Assembly: GCA_964016885.1 (NCBI GenBank)
Contig: OZ024743.1
Location: forward strand, 366,730,001-366,794,000
DNA: 64,000 bases
Source: Eledone cirrhosa
Lineage: Eukaryota
Direction of reading: 5' to 3'
Positions 56,194 to 64,000 of this stretch are shown here, piece by piece. Under the pieces are notes generated by a model. The model saw nothing but the letters and a program-made list of their open reading frames with translations, did not search any database and was not told the DNA's origin. The position numbers and the translations under genes were made by a program. The first letter of the stretch is position 1. Every line of letters starts with the position of its first letter.

Positions 56194-56296
56194 ATATATA
56201 TATATATAAAGAATTATGTGTTTATGTCCGGAAATACTATAAAATAGCTTATAAAAAAGAGTGAATATTCTTTAAAGTGAGAAAAAAAAGTTGCCA

Positions 56297-56371
56297 TCGG
56301 CCGCTGTGAGGAATTGAACTCCTGTATCTCCCAGATACCAGGTAGGCGTTTTAGACAATTAAGTCAAGGGA
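56297..56371 (-). mobile_element. Degenerate tRNA-like sequence (SINE head or tRNA pseudogene)
   Basis: Minus strand has A-box-like TGACTTAATTGTCTA and B-box-like GGAGTTCAATTCC at tRNA spacing; no good acceptor stem. Confidence 0.4.
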
Positions 56372-57026
56372 ACATGATAACTCTTAACATCTTAAATTAG
56401 ATGGCTGAATCACAGTGTTCAGATATCAACAGACATCAAAGTAGTAAAAAAACATTGTGTACTAATAGCCCATCTCTCAGACTATACATATATATATATA
56501 TAAATATATTGTTGTAAATTAAATTAGAATATTTCACCAGAACTGCTGATGCCCATCTTTTTCTGTTTGATGAGTTTATATGCCCCATAATTATTAGATT
56601 AGTTTATTTAGTCAAAGTTACAGCAAAATCTTCTAATTCAATTTTCAAATTCTGCTTGCCGTTTTCTAAACATGTTTTTTATATATTGTTGTTATAAAAT
56701 ATGTTGATTAATTAGTAGTTGAGGTTGTGACTGCATCATTCCAATCAATAAAGAATGGTGTAAGTCGTATTAAGCACTCAAAGCCATATACATCATTCCA
56801 ATCATGATGTGAAATCACCTGGGTAGTACATGATGGAGTATACATATAATAATAATGAATACAAAGGTTATATTCCCATAATTCATTTTATTACATAATT
56901 TTCTGTAATACACATTTCTGTGGTGCCAGTTTTGATTACACAATTATTAACATGATTTCTGCAGATAGTATTTTAGGTAATACATTTTATGTAATACAAC
57001 AGAGTGATATGGAAACGGATTTGTTT

Positions 57027-58615
57027 TCATCATCATCATCATCATTCAATGTTGTTATTTTGTATAAATGCTATTGCACATTCATATATATACATTCATA
57101 CACAGATGCACTGTGACTTCCTTCCACTGGCATTTCCTGGCACTTCTTCACCCAGTGATCATCATCCATGCGCATCACATCTCTCCTACACACCACCTCA
57201 GATTTCTCTTAAACCCAGCTTCTCCCTCAGTTCATCCAAGCTCTGCTTTTCTCTCACATTTACATTGCTCATCCAACGAAGCACGGGTGTGTCATTTCTT
57301 ATGTTTATGCATGTCTTCCGCAGTCATTGCCCATGTTTCACCACCATGTAATATCACACTTCGCACACGAGTCATACAGTTGTCTTTCTGTATGTAGGGA
57401 GAAACTTTTTGTTGTCAACAGTGGGAGCAGTTCTCTAAACTTCTTCCAACCTATCCTTATTCTAGCTATTATGTTCTCAGAGCCCTCTCCTCCACTGCTG
57501 GTTAAGTCACCTAGATAGCAGAAGCTGTCAACCACTTCTATGGACCATTCCTGTGACTTGAAGAGGTTTATAACAATGCTGCTCTTCTCTTTGATTACTT
57601 CTGTGCATCTTCTACATACAAAGTATTCTCTTCCTGTTTGTCTACCCCTTATCCCACTACATCTTTTGTGTACCCAAGATTTACATTGTATGTACACCAT
57701 ATGGAGTTTATGCCTACTCCCTTTCTACATATTGGAATCTAGGTTCTATCTTCTTTCCTACTCACTAGCACTATAGTTTTGGCAAATTTACATTCAGACC
57801 TTTTGATTCCAAATTCTGTTTCCATAGTCAGAACTTATTTTCTAGTTCTTTTATGGATTCGGCTATAAGGACCAAACCATCTGCATAGAGAAGTTCCCAT
57901 GGACAGCCAGTTTTAAACTCCTCTGATATGGTCTGGGAAACTATGATGAACAGCAGAGGGCTAAGAACTGAACCTTGATGAACTCCTTCATCACTAAACT
58001 TACTTACTGCTCTCACTTTACTAAGAGCTCCTCTGTATATGGCTTGCACTGCTCTCACAAGCCATTCTTCTACACTTAATTTCCTTAAGGGCCACCAGAT
58101 AAAAGATCGAGGCACTCTGTCAAAGGCCTTTTCTAGATCAATAAAAGCTAAATATAGCAGCTTATTCTTGGCTAGGAACTTTTCACTAAAAAGAGGGCAT
58201 TTGTCATACTTTTCCCAAGCATGAAATCAAACTGCATCTCATCTATATTAACTCTTTCCCTAATTAGTTGTGCTAAAACTGTTTCCATCACTTTCATAAC
58301 TTGGGCCGTTTGGTTTTATTCCTCTGTGGTTAATCCTTTCTAGGGCATCACCTTTTCTCTTGTAGCAATTTATGATCGTACTGCTACACCAGTCATTGGG
58401 TATGACTCTATCCTGTATCACTGATTGACTGGGTGGGTTACGAACTCAACCCCTACTTCCCCCAATGCTTTTAGCAGTTCAGCAACTATCCCTGATGGTT
58501 CTGCAGCCTTACCATTCTTCATCTCTTTGATTGCCTCTTTGACCCTATAACTGTCAACTTCAATGGCTAGGCTTTGTTGGGTAGGTTGGGGATAGTTTCT
58601 CTTCCTCCTATTTAT
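57027..58615 (-). pseudogene. Older degraded RTE copy of a related subfamily
   Basis: Fragments GVHQGSVLSPLLF, CPWELLYADG, CKSWVHKRCSG...CRRC, DSFCYLGD with frameshifts; (CAT)n tail at 57028-57045. Confidence 0.9.
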
Positions 58616-59269
58616 TCTCTACATTCATCAATCATGATTATATAAAGATTGAAAATATTCTTTTCAATTTTTAACGGTTTCATTATCATATTTGTAAGGA
58701 AATATAATTTACCTGATTTAATTAATGAAGAATTTGAAAGAATTAACTAAAATTATTAGTTATTTCATTAATATAGCATTTACAATGTAACTTAACAAAA
58801 GGTTCTTATACCAAATTATGATGAAAGATTTTAATTTATACAGAAATCCTTTAAAATGAATAGTTTTGTTTCATAGAACTAGGAACTTGGGGGGGGGGGG
58901 GGGGGGTTATATTAATGGGACTAAATTTTATGTTGTAATATAGTTACTGATATATTTTTGAATGTAACCTTAAACTTGGTGGAATTGAATGCTAAAATGA
59001 AATAGAATCTGGAACAAGCTTTGAAATTCATTTTATATGCAGTTTTCAGATTTTGTGCAACTGAGTTTCAATGAGCTTTTCCTGTTAGAATTTAGATAAC
59101 ATTACATTTCTCTATTAAGTCATTGTTATGATGTTAGACCAGTAAGATTTCAATGTTTCTGCTGCTCAATAAATTTGGTAATTTAATCAAATAGCTGAGT
59201 CCTTTTTCTTTTTATCTCTTTTCAAAGAGCAGAGAAAATGTTCAGTTTCATTCACAATCCATAACAATC

Positions 59270-59420
59270 TACACATTAGATGGAATATAGTTGGAATAAA
59301 TTACTGCAGTTAAATACCTTGGATCATATGTAGAGGAAAACAAAACTGCTGCATCTTTGGATATCAAAAATAGAATTGGCTTAGCATCTTCGGCCTTTGG
59401 TTTCTTTAAATGGTATATTT
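59270..59420 (+). mobile_element. Small RT remnant of another LINE
   Basis: Translates KYLGSYVEENKTAASLDIKNRIGLASSAFG, the typical post-RT motif YLG...I..RI..A..AF. Confidence 0.6.
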
Positions 59421-59995
59421 AGAAACAAAAATCTGTATTTATTATGTTTTGATATAGTACTGAATCAGAGGCCTTGTTTGAATATGCTCAAAGTCTTTCA
59501 AATAGGATGCCTTTGCCTGTTTGTATCACAGTCATAACTCTTAAATTGCTGTTTGCATCACTACTGTACCCCACTCTATCCAAGATTACCCTCAACTTTG
59601 TCAATTCCCACCACACTTATCATACACCCATAATATACTATCTATAGATAAAACTCAGAACAATATACTTAAAGCAAACACCTTAGCCACACGGTCACTT
59701 GAAGACAAAAAGTAGAATCTATGTTACCATTGTTGTAATGGTACATATACTAATAATGGTCATTGGAAACATTATATACTTAATTCTTAGTTAACATTGT
59801 CTTCTTGTCCTTTGGTTTGAAAAGAATCTTTCCAGATCTTCCTAAAGTAGGGGAGAGGAAAACTTAGATAGGTCTGGTAATGTTCATTTTGAACTTTTGT
59901 GGTTTCATTATCAGAGGGAGAATTTTGTCAAGGATGGAACTCCATGAAAATGTAATGATGAAGAAATATTAAGAAAGTATTTAGTAAGGATTTAA

Positions 59996-60199
59996 CTCTT
60001 TAGCATTTACATTACTGTGTATACTATTGTATTTTCACAGTAAAGGCTTTATCTCACATAGTATCGAATTTATGAGATTTTGATATTTATTTTGAGAACA
60101 ATACCTTAATATTTAGTATGAGTGGCCAGTTACAGCTGGTTTGAATAGAAAGAGGTGAGAGAATTATGGCCAGATATGGTCAGTTTAAATGCTAAAGGT
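59996..60199. mobile_element. piggyBac-type MITE, second copy
   Basis: TTAA|CTCTTTAGCATTTA...TAAATGCTAAAGGT|TTAA; internal similarity to 50250-50465. Confidence 0.7.
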
Positions 60200-60468
60200 T
60201 TAAGGATTAACTGAAAGAGGAGAGACGTGTATCTAGTGTATATAAGTCAGGAAAGTATATACCTGGTAAGCAGAAAAGAGCACATATATTTTTAGTAGTG
60301 AATTAGGCTGGAGTGCTTACTATATTAAATGAAATTTAAAAAAAAAATGTTCTCATCTCACATAGAGTGTATGTGAATGTATAGATAGTGGAGACATATA
60401 CTTCATGTACACACAGAAGTCATTCTATTGTAACTGAAATATATTCACAAGCAGATAGCTAAACTTAC

Positions 60469-60614
60469 CTTGCAAATTTCGACTGGAAGTTTATTTTCCA
60501 ACTTTAAGACAGATTCAAGCACCAAGAATAAACAAAATGCCTTTACATCAAACACTTTTAATACCCAAGGGAAAGCAAAATCAGGCTGAATGTTCTGAGG
60601 TTCAACATTGTTCA
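60469..60614 (-). CDS. RB1: RB1-like exon (146 nt, phase 1 to 0), pocket A: ...DFAFPWVLKVFDVKAF...PVEICK
   Basis: Branch-like ACTAAT, pyrimidine tract and tctag| acceptor; donor AAG|gtaagt; gapless match to DLSFPWILNVLNLKAF...TREMIK. Confidence 0.92.
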
Positions 60615-61428
60615 CTAGACAGATTCAAAAGAAAGAAACATTAGTAATAAGATAAACCAAACATTCAAAGTCACAAACAAACGTAATTCTACTCTTAAAT
60701 AGTTCCTTTAGTTTCCCCTCCAAATTTTTGTCTAGTCTGTGTCAATAATATATTTGTAACAGTTATAGTTCAAGAACAGCAGCATTCCCAAAGAAACTTG
60801 GTAGACAAGTGTTGGTACACACATCTTACTCCAATTGTGTGGCATCAGCCAACACTGCTTCAGAAAACAGGAGATTAAACAAAGTATTTCACAAATATTT
60901 TACCTGTAATTATACTGTCACAAAACTAAAGGACTTAAACATCTAAGCTTCCCTTGATTGCAACCAACAACATATTAGAGATCTGGATTGAACTCCAAGA
61001 AACAATACAGGGTGGTATGTCTGTAAATTCTGGACTGTCCAAATATCACCTTCTCTTGGCCTCACAAGTATTGTCTGCCGAGTTTGCATAGAAACTAGGT
61101 ATCTACTTATGGCCCCACTTATGCAGAGCTAAGGTTTGTGAAACAAACACTTAATACCTTTGGGTTAAAAGAGTTGCCAGAAGGAAGACATATTAGTTTG
61201 ACTATATTTGTTGTTCATTTCCTCAACCCTTACTCTTGTGACAAGACACTCACAAAACAGTGAGATTATTTATCCACAGCTGGAGATCTCCTTGTGGTGG
61301 TAGTAGAATTGAGCCTGGCTTCAGAAACCACTGAAATAGTTGCTAGCTTTACAGCACTATCACTACTTACAACAGTACCTAACACAAAACTTGTAAACAT
61401 TATATTTAAAACATGAGTGAGCTTTGTT

Positions 61429-61880
61429 ATCATCATCATTATTTTGTTTTATGTCTGTTTCCCTATACTAAGTTGGATGGGTTTCCTATACAACATATCA
61501 ACACTCATCACACACTTGCACCATCTCATTTGTAAAGTCCAGTATATTAAGATCTGACTACACCACCTCTTATGTATTCTTTAGGATTTCTGCCATATGT
61601 GTACTCCATGATCAGCACACATCACCATTTCACCCACTCCTAGTTCATTCACATCATATGAACATCAATCCACAACCAACTTTCCTGCATACAACAATTG
61701 ATATCTTTTAATACCTAACCACCTTCTCAGCTTAAATGTGGTCTGCCTTTAAAAAAGATTAACATTACACAACCAGTGGACCATCCTTGACATATTTCGC
61801 TCTAACCTTTCCAAATTTCCCATAGTTAATGCCCCATGTCTCACTAACATACAGCATCACTCATCTTGCACATGTTTTTA
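61429..61880 (-). mobile_element. Highly degraded RTE 3' fragment
   Basis: (ATC)n tail plus CCCATGTCTCACTAACATACAGCAT (L(Y/H)GSETW-like) matching 40956-40980. Confidence 0.5.
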
Positions 61881-62551
61881 CATGAGGAGAGAAAGTATTT
61901 CAGTTTATTGAGTGAAATTTGTTTGATACATTGAACAAGTTGAGTAACTACACAGAAATTTCTTTGTTGTCTTGAATTCTTTAGGTCATAGTGGTCTATA
62001 GAAAAAAGTGAACCAGTCAGTTAAAGATGGGACAAGATGATATGCAATTGATGAGCAGATAAATGTCATAAAATTTGAAGTTTAAATTTTGTAATATTTG
62101 ACAACAATTGGGTCAAATTTGTTCAATTGTTCAATTATTCAAAGATGCGAAAATAAAAGGTTTATATTAACTACCTTAACTGTCATATTTACAGCAGTGG
62201 TGTGTTTCTAAAGAGTTAATGGATATGGACAATATGACAACAGGGAGATAGACATTGTAAGCAATGTGACATTGGAAAGGTTAAAACAATATTAACTGAG
62301 AGTTCAGCTGAGCTTAACTGTTAACAACCTGTAACGATTTAGCAAAACATATCTAAAAACAGGTTTGTTAATTCAAATGTTTGTTGTATCCTTACTAGTG
62401 GGTAGATTGTTGTGAAAATTTGCAATATAAGAGTCAATATAATGTTTAATGTGATGCAGTCATAGAGCAGTTTTGTACTTTTCAAAAATGTTTTGCTGAT
62501 GTGATTTCATGCAGGACAGGGTATTAAGAATCAATAGTGAAATATACTTAC

Positions 62552-62663
62552 AAGAAACATTGTAAGTCATCAGGATTACTTCTGCACTACATGCCATCAA
62601 AGCTTTGTGGAGATCATTGTGAAACATTGTCACTAAACAAGTTTTCCCAACACGACGCTGTTC
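62552..62663 (-). CDS. RB1: RB1-like exon (112 nt, phase 0 to 1), pocket A: EQRRVGK...ALMACSAEVILMTYNVS
   Basis: Acceptor tttttcag|GAACAG, donor TCTT|gtaagt; similar to EEERL...SLLACALEVVMATYS. Confidence 0.9.
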
Positions 62664-63119
62664 CTGAAAAAACAAAATATGACTCATATATAACAAAACA
62701 TCATATACATACATATATATCAGTAATATATTTCTATATATGATGATGATGATGTGTGTATAATTTATTTGCAAACTACATCTATGTGTGTATTATATTT
62801 TCCTTGATAAATCTGCCCTACAAAGTCCTTGGTCTGTAAAATATTGATTTGGTTAATTGTAGTACATAAGTGAAAACAGGTGACTAAAGATATTCTGGAG
62901 GGCATCACAATTTGAGAAGATATCCCAAAACATGACTGATAAAATTATAAACAACATTAACTGTGATTACATGTCACAAGCTCAGAAGTATGGAGAAAGA
63001 ATATACAACCTACAATCATAATACATAGGAAACACTGAATGGAATACTGTACAGTAGCAATACAAATGTAGTTCTTGTCTAGTAAGTATTAATAAGGACA
63101 TACAACACCAACTTCAAGA

Positions 63120-63917
63120 AACCTACCAACCACCTAATAACCTACCAATCAGGCGACCACCTAAGCCAGATTGACTTCTTGCTAGTTAGGCAACAAGACA
63201 GACAAATGGTTTTAAATACTAAGGCATACCCCGGGGAAGAATGTACCCCACAACATAGGTTAGTTGTTAGTGACATCTCAATAAACAAGAGACAGAATGA
63301 GATGCCCAGCTTCCAATACCTAGGTGATCAGATTAGCAAGGGAGGAGGTGCTCCGAGGCCATAGTATCTAGAATAAGGACGGGTTGGAAGAAGTTTAGGG
63401 AGCTGCTTCCTCTGTTGACAAAGAAGGGTTTCTCCCTCCGAACGAAAGGCCAGTAATATGATGCCTGTGTGAGATGCGCGATGCTGCATGGTAGTGAGAA
63501 GTGGGCAGCAACTGCGGAGGATATGTGAGAGCTGGAGAGAAATAAAGCAAGCATGCTCCGATGGATGTGCAATGTCAATGTGCGTGAACGACCAAGCATA
63601 GACGAGTTGAGAGAGAAACTGTGTATAAGAGGGATAAACTGTAGTATGCGGGTGAGAAGACTGCGCTGGTATGGACATGTGATGCGCATGGAGGATGACC
63701 GCTGGGTAAAGAAGTGCCGAGAAATCTCAGTGGAAGGAAGACGTGGCAGAGGAAGACCATGAAAATCATGGGCAGAGGTGGTGAGAGCTGACCTCAGATC
63801 ATTGAAGCTCGCAGAGATGACAACGGACAGTAACGAATGGAGAGATGCTGTGCTGAAAAGGACCCGTCCCACCCTTGCAAGCAAGGAAAAGCGGACATAA
63901 AATGATGATGATGATGC
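63120..63917 (+). pseudogene. Internally deleted RTE (end of EN joined to the post-RT region) with a (GAT)n tail
   Basis: HLITYQSG...QIDF...EECTPQHRLVVSD is fused directly to SFQYLGDQIS...RRLRWYGHVMR...GRP; in-frame stops. Confidence 0.85.
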
Positions 63918-64000
63918 TTACTATTTAAAACAATCTATCATGGACCAACAACTAAGTTTTACCACTATTTCATTTCTCTCAAGAGAGGAGAGGTAATGCC

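Larger units (their letters stand above)
39617..62663 (-). other. RB1: Retinoblastoma-family pocket protein gene (RB1-like), internal portion; extends beyond both ends of the traced region
   Basis: Spliced translation EQRRVGKTCLVTMFHNDLHKALMACSAEVILMTYNVSL-NNVEPQNIQPDFAFPWVLKVFDVKAFCLFLVLESVLKLENKLPVEICK-HIQKIEHDILDCYAWKE-FSSVFDISNEELE...NLM-MTPTK...QRSIKHFFTKV-CHLAFKRLSRLCESLEVSSEL aligns by eye with RB_A, the spacer and RB_B. All junctions are GT-AG and phase-compatible, and five match recalled human RB1 intron positions and phases. The short spacer is RB1-like rather than p107/p130-like. Confidence 0.9.

Noticed and set aside
56297-56371. Functional tRNA gene
   Set aside because: The acceptor and D stems do not pair; more likely a SINE-derived relic.

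Overview
Eukaryotic (animal) genomic DNA. The repeat types (RTE LINEs with (GAT)n tails, a tRNA-derived SINE, dense AT/AG microsatellites) suggest a coleoid cephalopod such as Octopus, but this is inference. The ORF track hides the real host gene: a retinoblastoma (RB1-like) pocket-protein gene on the minus strand. Six phase-compatible GT-AG exons could be traced (62552-62663, 60469-60614, 52324-52374, 51784-51866, 50955-51121, 39617-39681), covering pocket A, the spacer and the start of pocket B, plus a tandem duplicate of one 51-nt exon (51955-52005). The rest of pocket B is not in the window, so a >=37.4-kb array of 36-bp units (1-37411) appears to lie inside an RB intron. The array has higher-order duplications and a codon-like substitution pattern: it reads as a Thr-rich mucin-like repeat on + and as a near-invariant GGSCSNGSSSGN repeat on -. 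The introns also hold an apparently intact RTE LINE (endonuclease, RT with an inserted PHD finger) with a 6-kb composite tandem repeat at its 5' end, a near-identical inverted 5'-truncated copy that brackets three RB exons and the duplicate, older LINE remnants, a SINE, and hAT and piggyBac-type MITEs.
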